DNA of 64,000 nucleotides from Chiloscyllium plagiosum (GCF_004010195.1 NC_057749.1:22825886-22889885); one strand, 5' to 3'; shown: positions 36,811 to 49,240, counted from the stretch's first letter. Made by a program: numbers and translations. Notes: generated by a model from the sequence alone, not told the origin.

Positions 36811-38865
36811 CCTCCATTGCCCTACTTTCCTTGCCTTAAGTAGTTGGCTCTCACTTTGATATGTCCAATCTCTTTCCGACACAGACTGCAAAGGCCTACT
36901 GAGGTCCACCCTCTAATTTATGGTATTCATCAATCTTTTGCTCTGCTTTGTCTCCAGAGTGTGCTATGCCAGCCTCAAAAGCAGTCTGGCTTGATTTTTT
37001 TAAATCCTGAATCACCCCTCGATCACCTCAGAGCAAGAGTAACTACCAACCCGAGAAATATCAGAACAGACAGCTGAGGTCTCCTGGCGAGTGAGACAAG
37101 CAGAGGACTCATCAAAGATTGCTGAACGTTTAACGAAATTACTTTATCTTTCCAGTTTAAATTAAGAAGGACTTTAATGTTAACTATTACCTTGTCACTT
37201 TATGTTTCTACAAAGGCTATGTTTAACTTTTTAACTCTGATTCTCTTACTCCATTGTATTGAGATTTTTTTGTACCTGGGTACCTTTGTATCTAAAATGG
37301 CACCTTGTGTGGCAACATTATACACTTTTCACTGCACCCCTGTATTTCTGTTCTTGAGTCCATGAGACAATACATTTGTTCATAGATTTAGATAAAGGTC
37401 CACTGCTTCCAGAGTCATCACATTGGAAACAAAATATGTATTGTCTGAAACTTTTGCATGCTAGTTTGTATTCCAGCATTTTAACTAAAAATTGGGTTAC
37501 ATCAGTCAATACAAAAGTCATGTAGCACAGAAGGAGGACATTCAGCCCATCTTACCTATGCTGGCATGTTGAAAGAGCAATTCGATTAGTTCCACGCCAC
37601 TGCCCTCACCACAGCCCTGCAATAATGAATTTTAGTGTAAATATAAAGACAGGAGTGCATTTTAAATATAAATTGCTTGTTCTTCTCACATGAACGGCTT
37701 CTGTGAAAGGTTTGATAAATGACAAGTTTTGTGGCTTGTTGACATGTTCTGGAATTCAAGAGCAGCAAACCTCACCATTTGTCAAAATATAACAGACTCA
37801 GGTAACTTACTGAGCTAAACCTGGACCAAATATAATCTCTAACCTCAGCCCCAACTCGAACCACAGCGCTAATCCTAGCCTTTACCATAACCAGGTCCCA
37901 GTTCTCAAATGAACCACAGACCTAACTCGAACCCAACTTCAACCCAAACTCTCACACTAAGTCCATTCCCAATCATATCTTTAACGTGAATCCTTACTTG
38001 AGCATTAACCCTCACATCAGCTGATATTTGCACTACTTTCCCACTCCCTATTACCATATTGCATGTTGTATGTAAACAAAACCATTATAACCGTCAAAGC
38101 ATCCTGAAGTTCGGAAAATCCTGCTTTACTTTTAGCAAAAGGCACAATTTCATTTGAAGGTGCAATTTCATCCCAGCAAAGTACCTGAACAGATAAGCCC
38201 AAACTGGTACAAACTGTCCTCATTCACAGTAAAGCAAACAGAGTACCAGATCCCTGCTGTGCCAACAAAGCCTTTCAATTCAATTAATGAGCCATAAATA
38301 ACCCAATGAACATGTCAACAAAGGGTATAATTTATCATTTATCATACCTTTCACGGGAACAGTTCATGTGAGGAGAATGTGCAGTCACAACCATACATTT
38401 ACATTTAAAATGTTTTCCTGTCTTATTCACAATAAAATTCATCTTGAATAGGAATCCTCATGGGGAAAGCTGTTTGACAAATGAGCTTTGAATACTAGTG
38501 CTGGATCATAAAATAATACAAAAAATGGAAGAGACACCAACCAAAAATAGAGACTTTGAAATATGATGCAAGTGTATTCATTCTGCGTTACAGAAAGGGC
38601 AGATTTGATAGCTTCATCTACATTACACTCATAGTTCTTCACAAGATATTAAGATGGAGCACCATTGCATCTGTTCTAATACACTGAACAATACTTAATA
38701 AAAGATCTGGGGAACTGTCACCCGTTTTCACAACATTGTTTTTCACCAGGAATGCTTTATACTGCTTTAATGAAACCAAAGATTGACCTCTTACCCAAGT
38801 AAACCTCAAACTTCCATTTGTACCTCAGTACGGGATAGAAGGTTATCATCGACCCAATTCTGAGG

Positions 38866-39145
38866 ACTCCACACAGACAGTTGCCCGAGGCTGGAGTCAA
38901 ACCTGGGTGGGCAGCAGTGCTAACCACAGAGCCACTGTGCCCCCCTCCAATATTATTATGCATTTTTCATTGCAGTGACAAATTTGTAGATACCTGTTTC
39001 TTAAAAAGGAATGGAAGTGCTGGAGAAACTTAACAGATCTGGCAGCGTCCGTGAACAAAGAGGAAAAGCAGATGCAGCCAGACCTGCTGAGCTTTTCCAG
39101 CAATTTTGTTTTTTGTTTCTGATTTACCGCATCCACAGTTTTTTT
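38866..39145 (-). mobile_element. Truncated copy of the composite family C tail + linker + HE1 head
   Basis: 38910-39062 nearly identical to 40450-40602. Confidence 0.8.
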
Positions 39146-39289
39146 TAACAAGGATCCTAAGTTGTCTGATGGCAATCATTTTTTGAATCGTGATTTCCAA
39201 AAGATATTATACATGCTACTCAACAACTAGACATTGGCAAGTATGTAGGTGCGTTAGGCGTTCCCAGTTATTTCCTGATCACAATACTG

Positions 39290-39900
39290 CAGCTGCTATC
39301 ATGCAATATCTGAAAGTGTCAACCCTTTCCATCCTAGTCTCATCCCACTTAAATCTCACAGCAAGCTTTTATTACTTCCAGACTTCCGATCGTCTCTCAA
39401 CTAGCCTCCCATTTTAAAGTTAAACTCATACAAAACTCTGTTGGCCAGGTCCTGACTTGTAAAGCGCTCTGCTCGCTCCTCACTCCTGTGCTGACTGATC
39501 TACTTTGGTTACCAGTCCACTAAAAGTTTGACTTTAAAATTCTCATCCTGATGTTTAAAGCCTTTCCTTGTTTCTGAACCCTCCTCCAGCCCTATATCCT
39601 TCTGTGAATTATGCACTCCTCCAATTCTGCCCTATCCTTAGTTACCTTCACTCACCAGGCTGTTGGCATGCCTTCACTTACTCTGTCTCTAGGTTCTGAA
39701 ATTTCCTGGCTTAACTTTTCCACGTTGAGCTCTTGCTTAAGACAATGCTTAAAATACTTAAGATCTACCTTTTGACAGTAATCTTTATTCATTATCCAAA
39801 TGTCTCCTTGAACATCTCAGTTTCAATGTTTCTTGTTTACACTCTTGTGAAGAACTTTAGTTCAAAATACTACATTGAGGGCACTATGTATCTGCAAGTT
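39290..39900 (+). mobile_element. Ancient L2-like LINE 3' end
   Basis: TPVLTDLLWLPVH*KFDFKILILMFKA at about 39482-39563. Confidence 0.65.
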
Positions 39901-40199
39901 AGTGAAGTGGAGTGAAGGAATATACATAATTGCTACTGTATATAGTTTACTCCTTAAATTACCATGAATGGGCTTAGAATATTGAGTGTTAGTGGTCACA
40001 GATTTTGCATATACATACATGAACAGTGACACTTACAACAAAACTCTGGGCTCCTTTTCTGAGCTCAACACACATGCTGATCAATCCTTGACTGAATTAT
40101 GAGCGGTATCTGTTCCAACACCCACTTTATATCCTTTCCACACTCCCTTTACATGATAATTACATTTCAGAGTCAAATTTTATATATCATTCAACATTG

Positions 40200-40745
40200 A
40201 TCTCATAGAATTCCTACAGCATGGAAGCAGGCCAGACTGCCCATTCCACATCAACCCTCCCACCCAGAACCACCCTCCCAACCATTCCTGTAACCCTGCA
40301 TATCCCATGGACAATCCACCTAACCTGCAAATCTGTGGGAGGAAACCAGAGCACCCGGAGGAAACCCACACACTCACGGGGAGAATGTGCAAACTCCACA
40401 CAGACGGTCACCCGAGGCTGGAATCGAACCTGGGTCTCTGGCACTGTGAGGCAGCAGTGCTAACCACAGAGCCACTGTGCCCCCCTCTAATATAATTATG
40501 CATTTTTCATTACAGTGACAAATTTGTAGATACCTGTTTCTTAAAAAGGAATGGAAGTGCTGGAGAAACTCAACAGATCTGGCAGCGTCCGTGAACAAAG
40601 AGAAAAAACAGAGGTAATGTTCCGAGTCCAGCCAGACTCCTCTTCCAAGGAGGAGTCAAACACTAACTTGGATTTCCTCTCCGTCCTCAAAAGTTGCCAG
40701 ATCTGCTGAGTTTTTCCAGCACTTTCTGTTTCCATTTCAGATGTT
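40200..40745 (-). mobile_element. Composite family C hairpin + linker + full HE1 SINE
   Basis: SINE 40200-40485, linker about 40486-40555, hairpin about 40556-40745. Confidence 0.8.
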
Positions 40746-41689
40746 TCAGCCTGTTTCTAATTCCATGAAATCGAGCTCCTGAAATATCCAACGTCATCAA
40801 GCTGCAGAGTTTTTCAGGCAGGCACTTGTATTCAAAACCTGACGTTTAAAAAAATGAATAAAGAATTTTTCTGACAATCATGTTAACCATTCTCATTGAG
40901 CATCTAGTTTCACTGTTAGAAGTGCTGTATACTTCTAACAGTTTGAAGAAATCAGAATTTAAGAGTCATGTTTTATTACCAACTAACAAGAGTGATGCTT
41001 TCCATTTCAGACGTTACCTCTGATTAAAAACTCCACCATTCCTTACAAATCTCGTATCTGAAGGTAAAATGTAGACAGAAATATTTCCCGCAGAACCTGA
41101 TGTAAGCTTAATTGAAGTTCTCTGCAGTACGCAGAGCTTTATTGTTGAAACTGAACATTGCACAGCCGATAGATCACAAGTTAGGAATGTTAACTGTGTT
41201 TCTCTCTCCCCAGATGCTGCCAGACCTGCTGAGTAGTTCCAGAAATTTCTGAGGGCTTCTTTTTGTACTTCAGATATCCTGCATTTACATTTTTGCTTTT
41301 GCAAGGCCTTAAGGCCAGTCACAATTCATCAGTTCAGTGACAACTGCATCAAAATTGATTTATACTTTTTCACATAACAGGCAAAATGAAATATTTAAAT
41401 TGCTATAACACAAAGAGAAATAAAAGCAAGTGTAAAATTAGCAAAGGCACTATCTTTTTGTACAGGCTCTCCAAAGATACTCATACGGTTTTGCATAAGG
41501 GACTGTTAGCTAAAATTAAAGTGGTTGCTGTGCAGAGATTAAAATGGCAGAGAAACTAGGTTTAAAATGGACTAGATCAAACGTATCAATATTACTTTAT
41601 AAGAGACCAGGATTTCACAGGCTACCACGGACTTTCAGGGCCAACATCAAGCCCAGAGCAGCACCCAGAAAGGGTGAGAGGCACCCAGC

Positions 41690-42640
41690 CCAGGAAGACA
41701 TCACACTGACACGGTACATCAGGAAGCATGGCTCTGCCAAAGCTCTTCAGTCCTGACTCCATTCCCTTGGGATTACCAAAGTGTAGTCAGTGCCGGGTCC
41801 ATATTTTCTGGGACGCTGTGACAGAACTGTGCTGGTTACCGGGGTGAGGCCTGAGGCCTGCAGGTGTTGGGAGGTCACCCTCTCCCAGCGGCTGTGACGG
41901 TGATAGCATCTCTGAACGTCTCTGTGAGTGGCTCCTTCCAGGGAGTGGTGGGGGAGCTGTGGGGCATCTCTCAGCCGTGCATTAAGCCATTGATTGATTT
42001 GTGCAAGATCACTGCAGTTCATTTTGTTTCTCAATGGCAAGGTCAATGCTGTACCCTGGACAGTGGGATTCAGAAACATAGCTGTCTTGTCCCAGGTGCA
42101 GACAGAGGGCACTGAGAGGGCCTTACCACAGCAGGAGGGGGGGCTCCAATCCTTAAATGTTCAGGTCATCTGTGATCACCTGAATATGTGTCTGCTACCC
42201 TGGCAGCTGCCATGGCTCCTATACCCTGGAGCACCTTCGTGTACCCAGTGTGCTTTAGGGTCCAGGTGCCTGACAAGCCTGGTTATTGGGGAAAAAGGGC
42301 TACCCACTGCCACCAGGCCTGATGACACCACTGCACAACTTCTTAGATGATGCAGAGTACCGATACAATGCTACCCATACCTGGACCAGGCCATCGTGGG
42401 TCAGCTGATTGGGCTGCTGAAGATGCAGTTCCATTGCTTGGGCTGGTCCTGGGTGGTGGTGGTGGTAGTGGGAGTGGGGGGTGGGGGGAAGTGGTGGTGG
42501 TTGTGGGGGGGCACCGAAGGATTATCTAGACAGGGTGCACTGCATCATCTTGGCCTGCTGTGCTTTTCACAATTGGAGGATGGCAATGAGGGGATGTGTT
42601 AGATGTTGAGGAACTGGGGAAGTGGGAGCAATTTTCTGAG
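41690..42640 (+). pseudogene. PIF/Harbinger (HARBI1-like) transposase relic
   Basis: Frameshifted colinear motifs: GGHPLPAAVTVIASLNVSVSGSFQGVVGELWGISQP, SLNVQVICDH, G-KG-YPL, DAEYRYNATH, QLIGLLKMQFHCL, IILACCAFHN. Confidence 0.85.
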
Positions 42641-44164
42641 GAGGACAATAAGGGGAGCAGAAAGCTGTCCTTGTCCATGATAGAGTTCCAGCCATGTTGG
42701 GGGGTTCTACAAGCCAGATAGGACCTATTGATACCCAGTTCCATCCATCCAATAACTCATTGCTGTTTGCTGTAGGTTGGACCTTTATAAACTTACGTGA
42801 ATACAACAGCTATTATCATGAAAATGTCCTCTCATCTTCTGTCTCTTCTTGCTCAATGATCTTCCCGTCACCACCCTATGTTGACCTTTGGAAGCTTCAG
42901 CCAGAATTGGAAGATAGAGCTTGAAAAATTACACTAAGATCAGGTCCTGGAAATCTTCACAGGCAACACCAGCGTGCTCAGCACTGACACTGATCTGTCA
43001 ATCCAGGCTATTGTCATTCATCATTGTACAAGACTGAGTGACAATCCAGAGGAAGCATTTTCTTTGCCAAGTTCCAATACCCTGCTTCTCTCAAGCGTCA
43101 CAAACCAGCTTCCAGGATATTATTTACAATGGTGTGCTAACCTAATCACATTTGCAAAGTGAATCACACCTTAAAATTTGCCCCGCACCCCAGTAAATCT
43201 ACAATTGAGAACAATATTATCTGTCTATGTCACTCCAGCCACCCAAGAAGCAGATCATTAAAGCCTGAAATATCTGACCTCTGTTTAATTGTTTCACAGT
43301 TTCACTGGAGTAACTGCCAAGACTGAATGTCACAGAAGATCAATTTGTGCTGGTCCCAATTTAACAGTGACATCGTATATAGTACCCTGTAGGCAAATGA
43401 CAGAACATCAGTCATGACTTAGGGACAGAGGAAATAATTCTCAACTACAGTTGAGCTATGTCCTTGAAAAATTTGACTGTTTTCATTGTGAAGAAGAAAA
43501 AAAATGTATAAATCAGATATCTTAATCCTTAACTTCTCCTGACAAAATGGCAAGTTGACAAAGTAAGAATCTTTTTCAAAGTGAAAACTATGCAATTATA
43601 TGCCAAGGCTGTGGATAAATTAAGATAATGCTTTTCAAAACAGCAGGTAAGCCAATACGGTGATTAACAATGTTTCTCTAACAATACAAGTAAATACTTC
43701 ATCCGAACTAAAAATGCATGACATGAAAATCAACTGAGTTACAATGAATACTGTTGCTATTTTAACAGTTAGCTCCTATGTTTGATAAAGACCCTGTTAA
43801 AATAATTTAAAACATTTGTTTTAGAGGAGGATGCATAAAAAAACATGTTTTGGCAGAGGGATCTCATTCCAAAAGAATGAACGAGCAAAGTAATGGCTAC
43901 CATTAACCCTGCTCTTTCTTTTTAAAATTGTCAGTGAGAGAAAGCATTGAGACAATGATAAAGGTTCAGACATCTTGCTCACAATTAAACCCTTCAGTAA
44001 CGCGAAATGACTATTTTTAACAAATCCTAATATGTAACCTAACTCGATTCACTCTACATGACATCAAGAAATGGCTGAAAGCACGGGATGTTGCCAAGTA
44101 TATGGGCTCTGACAATATTCCAGCAATTGTACTGAAGACGTGCTGTCCCTTATGCCCCTAGCTA

Positions 44165-44953
44165 CTTCCAATACCTCAGGAATGTCCTGTCAACCAAAGC
44201 AGCTGCTGATGAAGAGGTGCCTCAGTGTTTTAGTGTAGCCTTCGGCTGCCTTTGGGTGTCCAAGGACAATATCAGATCCAACACCAATCTGATGGTGTAC
44301 AGAGCTGTGGTGGTTCCCAGCCTCCTGTATGGCTCTGAGATGTGGACTGTCTACAGCAGGGACCTCAAGGTGCTGGAGCAGTCCCACCAACTCTGCCTGA
44401 GCAAGATCCTGACAATCCACTGGGACGCACCAACACCAGAGTCCTCAACCAGGCCAACATCCCCACCATCGAGGCACTGACCCCTCCCTCAATCGTCTGC
44501 GACAGGCTGGGTACGCCGTCCCCATGATCGACACGAGGCTCCCCGAGCAGGTGCTCTCCTCCCAGCTCCGAAACGGCAGGCCAGCCCCAGGTGGGACAGA
44601 GGAAAGGCCTCAAGGATATCCTCAAGGCCTCACTGGGGAAGTGCAGCATTCCCACAGACACCTTGGAATCACTGGCCTCAGACCGTCCCAAAGTCAGGGA
44701 GGAGCATCCGGGAAGGCGTCGAGCTCCTCGAGACTCACCATCGGGAAAAAGCGGAATCCAGGGCAGGGCAACAGCAAAAGGAGCCCCACCCACCCCCTTC
44801 CCATGACACCTTCTGTCCCCAGTGTAACAGAGCCTGGGGTAGCTGCATCGGGCTGTACAGCCACCTACAGACTCACCCGAGAGTGGGAGAGAGTCACACC
44901 CCATCAGCGAGGGACTGGTGATGATGATGATGGCGATGATAGTGATGATGATA
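44165..44953 (+). mobile_element. RTE-clade (BovB-like) LINE 3' fragment
   Basis: LMVYRAVVVPSLLYGSEMWTVY...LCLSKILTIHW, DTRLPEQVLSSQLRNGR, KDILKASLGKCSIPTDTLESLASDRPK; (GAT)n tail; imperfect TSD ATGC(C/T)CCTAGC. Confidence 0.85.
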
Positions 44954-45514
44954 ATGCTCCTAGCGAAGTTGTTCCAACACAGTTACAACACTGATATTTA
45001 CCCAACAGTGGGGAAAAATGTCCAGGTATGTCCTGTCCACAAAGCAGGGCAAATTCAACCTTGCCACTTAACATCCTATCAGTCGATTCTCAATCATTAG
45101 CAAAATGATGTAAGGCATGTTGACAGTGCTATCAACTGATGTTTAAAGAGAGATAACCTGCTCACTGATGCTCAGTATGGACTAACTAGCACCTGACTAG
45201 ATTACAGGCTAGGTCCAAGTGTGGATAAAACAGCTGGATTCCAGAGGTAGGAAATCAAGGCAGTATTTTGACTGAGTGTAATATCAAGGAGCCCAAGCAA
45301 AACTGGAGTCAATGAAAATCAGTGGAGAAGCTGTCCACTGACTGGAGTCGCACCTAACCTAAAATAAGATGATTGTGGTTGTTAGAGCTTAGTAATTTCA
45401 GCTCCAGGACAGCTCTGCAGGAGTTCCTCAGGGTAGGCTCCTCGTCCCAACCACCTTCATCAATGATCTTCCCTCCATCATAATGTCAGAGTTGGGGATG
45501 TTAATCGATGATTG

Positions 45515-46320
45515 TAGAGGAGACCACATTGTGAGCAGTGAATGCAGTAGGCTACAATATGAGAAGTGCAGGTAAAGTGCTGCTTCACCTGGAAGGTATG
45601 TTTGGGCTCTTGGATATTGAATATACCTTCCAGGTGAAGCAGCAGTTCCCACATTCTACTGCGTTCGCTGCTCACAATGTGGTCTCCTTTACGTTGAGGA
45701 AACAAAGCTTGGACTGGGTGACCACTTCGCAGAACATCTACAAAAAAGACCCTGAACTTCCAGTTGCCTGGCACTTCAACACATCACCCTGTTCCCTGGC
45801 CAACATCACTGCCTCAGGCTTGCTACAGGGCAAGCTGGATCCCAACAAAGCTCAGCGCAAGTTGGAAGAACAACATCTTATTTTTGGCCCTCCAGACTCA
45901 ATATCGAGTTCAATAATTTTAGTGCCTGAACTCTCCCATGTTCTGGCCCCGTACCCCATACACCAGGCCTTGTTATCACACAGTCTGCCATTACACACCA
46001 CCTATTATTAGTCAGTAACAGTCCTTATTAACAACTATTCACTTTCCCAGACAGATTGTTATCGACTCCTTTGTCTGTCCAACTGCTATTCTCCCTCTTT
46101 GGGCTCTATTCCACCCCCCTATTGTTTACTCCTTATCCCCTCTCCTATCCTATCTTCTACATATAAACCAACATTTCCCTAGCCACATCAGTTCTGAGGA
46201 AGAGTCTGCAGACCCGAAAGGTTAACTCTGATTTCTCTCCACAGATGCTGCCAGACCTGCTGAGACTTTCCAGCAACTTCTGCTTTGGTTTCTGATTTAC
46301 AAGTCTTTCGGTTTTTATGT
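45515..46320 (+). mobile_element. PLE insertion: inverted 5' piece + GIY-YIG C-terminus + spacer + family C hammerhead tail
   Basis: TFQVKQ, CSQCGLLY, DPELPVAWHFNTSPCSLANITASGLLQ, AQRKLEEQHLIF; 45519-45600 is the reverse complement of 45622-45687; ATGATTG on both flanks. Confidence 0.85.
46190..46227 (+). ncRNA. Minimal hammerhead motif (family C) at a PLE 3' end
   Basis: AGUU-CUGAGGA-A-GAGUC(UGCA)GACCC-GAAA-GG-UU-AACU. Confidence 0.75.
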
Positions 46321-46575
46321 AATGATTGCCTCGTGGCAATCAATTGCACTACCATCACTGAATCCGACACCAACAAATTCTTGGAGGTGACCCGAAACTG
46401 AACTGGATCAACCTCCCAAACACTTGTGGCTGCAAGAGCAGGTCAGAGAGTAATATTTCTGTAGCACGTACCCACCTCCTCTCTCTCCAATGCCTGTCCA
46501 TCCAGTGAAGACTGTGATGAAATACTCACCACTTGCTTCCTTAGATGCACCTCCAACAACCCTCAGGAATCTTGA

Positions 46576-46792
46576 GGAGAAAGTGAGGTCTGCAGATGCT
46601 GGAGATCAGAACTGAAAATGTGTTGCTGGAAAAGCGCAGCAGGTCAGGCAGCATCCAGGGAACAGGAGAATCGACGTTTTGGGCATAAGCCCGTCTTCAG
46701 GAAATGAAGAAGGGCTTATGCCCGAAACGTCGATTCTCCTGTTCCCTGGATGCTGCCTGACCTGCTGCGCTTTTCCAGCAACACATTTTCAG
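46576..46792. mobile_element. Young family A hairpin mini-insertion
   Basis: Near-perfect inverted arms of about 90 bp; perfect 14 bp TSD CTCAGGAATCTTGA (46562-46575, 46793-46806). Confidence 0.92.
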
Positions 46793-46944
46793 CTCAGGAA
46801 TCTTGATACCATCTCAGCTCAAGCAGCTGCTTGATGTACATTCTATTCACCGCCATAAACAAATTTTAAAAATAACTCAAACTAGCATGAAAATTGCTGA
46901 TTATTTTTACCTTTCCTCATAAGAAGGAATTTACATTTGAGACC

Positions 46945-47450
46945 TATCGGAAGGATGTTGTGAAACTTGAAAGGGTTCAGAAAAGTTTTACAAGGATGTT
47001 GCCAGGGTTGGAGGATTTGAGCTGAGAGATTGAACAGGCTGGGGCTGTTTTCTCTGGAGCATCGGAGGCTGAGAGGTGACCTGATAGATGTTCATAAAAT
47101 TATGAGGGGCATGGATAGGATAAATAGACAAGGTCTTTTCCCTGGGGCTGGGGAGTCCAGAACTAGAGGACATAGGTTTAGGGTGAGAGGGGAAAGATGT
47201 AAAAGGACCTAAGGGGCAACAGTTTCATGCAGAGGGTGGCACGTGTATGGAACCAGCTGCCAGAGGAAGTGGTGGAGGCTGGTACAATTGCATCATTTAA
47301 AAGGCATCTGGATGGGCATATGAATAGGAAGGTCTTGGAGAGACATGGGCCAGGTGCTGACAGGTGGGACTAGATTGGGTTGGGATATCTGGTCGGCATG
47401 GACGAGTTGGACCGAAGGGTCTGTTTCTGTGCTGTACATCTCTGACTCTA
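46945..47450 (+). mobile_element. CR1 (HER1-like) 3' fragment
   Basis: NRLGLFSLEHRRLRGDLIDVHKIMRGMDRINRQGLFP. Confidence 0.9.
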
Positions 47451-47974
47451 CGTCGACTGATTCCACCACATTACAGAACATGAACTCCTGCTGTGCATTT
47501 CCAACATTTGCAATTCCATTGCTTTTTCTCCCTTCGAGTTTCTTGGTCTCATTTTACAAACAATCCTGTGATGTGACACCACCCCTTATCTGTAGAATAC
47601 ACAGCCCATAATAGGTAGAACCTTTCAATTGACGTTCTGACTTACAACAGGGAGATGGCTAAAACTCACACACAACAAGGTTATAATCCAACAGGTCATC
47701 TCAAACCTGTTGAACTATAACCTGGTGTTGTGTGATTTTTAACTTTGTCCACCCCATTCAACACCAGCTCCTCCACAACAAGGAGCTAGAAATTGAAAAT
47801 CAAACTCGAGGACATAGCTTGGATTTTACCCCAGATGCTTCTGTTGTATCTAAAGTGTCTTTGTAAAATGTTGGTTGATTTTTAAAAAAATACAGTTTTT
47901 ACTTTTAGATTTATCTGATGTCAGGTCATCCCAAAGTAATTTCTAGCCGAGTACATGTGTACATGCACAGCCTC

Positions 47975-49240
47975 GAACAACACCTTCTTTCGCTTGGCTG
48001 AACTTGCTCTCAATGTGATCTCCTCTACATTGGGGAGACAGGTCACCAACTTGCAGAACATTACAGAGATAATCTCTGGGACACACGCACCAAACGACCC
48101 CACTGCCGATCACTTCAACTCCCCTCTCACTCCACCAAGGACAAGCAAGTCCTGGGCCTCCTCCACCACCACCTGATGACTGGAGGAAAAATGCCTCATC
48201 TTCCACCTTGGGACCCTCCAAACACATGGAACCAAAGTCGATTTCATCAATTTCCTCATCTCCTCTCCCCCCACCTCATCCCAGGTCCAACCTTCCAACT
48301 CAGTACCACCCTCTTGAACTGTCCCCACCTGTCCATCTTCCTTTCCACCTATCCTCTCCACCCTCCTCTCCGACCTATCACCATCACCCCTCCCACCTTC
48401 ATCGACCCATCGCATTCCCAGCTACCTTCCCCCCAGTCCCACTCGACCCATCCATTCCCAGCTACCTTCCCCCCAGTCCCACTCCCCCTCCTATTTATCT
48501 CTCAGTCCCCTTGGTCCCCACCCCCCAAGTTCCTGATGAAGAGTGTATGTTCAAAACATTGACTCTCTTGCTCTTCAGATGCTGCCTGACAGGCTGTCCT
48601 TTTCCAACACCATACGTTTTGACTCTGATCTCCAGCATCTGCAGTCCGAACTTGCTCCTGTTTTGAACAACTTCTCATTTAACTCATTTCACTTTCTCCA
48701 AGTCAAAGATGTGGCCACGTGTACGCACATGGGTCCCAGCCATGCCTGGTCCTTGTGGGATATAGAGTCATAGAATCAGTAAGGCAAAGCAGGGCAGGAC
48801 TTAAACAATATGTCGAGCAATTCTTGCTCCAGTACTACATGGGCCCTCACTCACAGCTCTTTCTCCGATACATTCACGATGTCTTTGGTGTTGTTTCCGG
48901 CTCTCGTTCAGAATTGGAAAAATTCAAGAGTTTTGCCTCCATTTCCATCTGTCTCTCACCTTCATCTGGTCCATCTCTGACTCTTCCCTTCCCTGCCTTG
49001 ACTTCACTATTTCTCTTTCTGGAGACAGGCTGCCCACCAAATATCTATTACAAAACACACTGACTCCCACAGTTACCTCTACTACACCTTCTGACACCCT
49101 GCTTCCTGCGAGGATTGCATTCCATCCTCCCAGTTTCTGTCTCTGAGCCACTGTGCCACCTTCTGGATACAAGGATAGGGTTCCCATTGTCTTTGCTGTC
49201 TACCCACTAGTCTCCACATTCAAAGGATCACCCTTTGCCA
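47975..49240 (+). mobile_element. PLE reverse transcriptase relic
   Basis: NNTFFRLAEL ... VLNNFSFNSFHFLQVKDVATCTHMGPSHA, YVEQ...LFLRYIHDVFG (YIDD-like), NIYYK. Confidence 0.8.
48010..48647 (+). mobile_element. PLE GIY-YIG C-terminus + family A tail inserted into the PLE RT relic
   Basis: CSQCDLLYIGET, LEEKCLIFHLGTLQT, then a decayed family A tail from 48531; GAACTTGCTC duplicated at 48000-48009 and 48648-48657. Confidence 0.8.

Larger units (their letters stand above)
44040..46860 (+). mobile_element. CR1-group LINE RT region split by RTE, PLE and hairpin insertions
   Basis: KYMGSDNIPAIVLKTC (near 44100), LAKLFQHSYNTDIYPT...VCPVHK (44960-45045), SAGVPQG (45414-45434); 3' part matches the minus copy at 50640-51780. 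Confidence 0.75.

Noticed and set aside
46576..46792. Interpretation as a DNA-transposon MITE or pre-miRNA
   Set aside because: Arms are asymmetric, TSD length varies from 12 to 15 bp, single-arm copies exist, and the sequence is the 3' end of a GIY-YIG retroelement at 48010-48647
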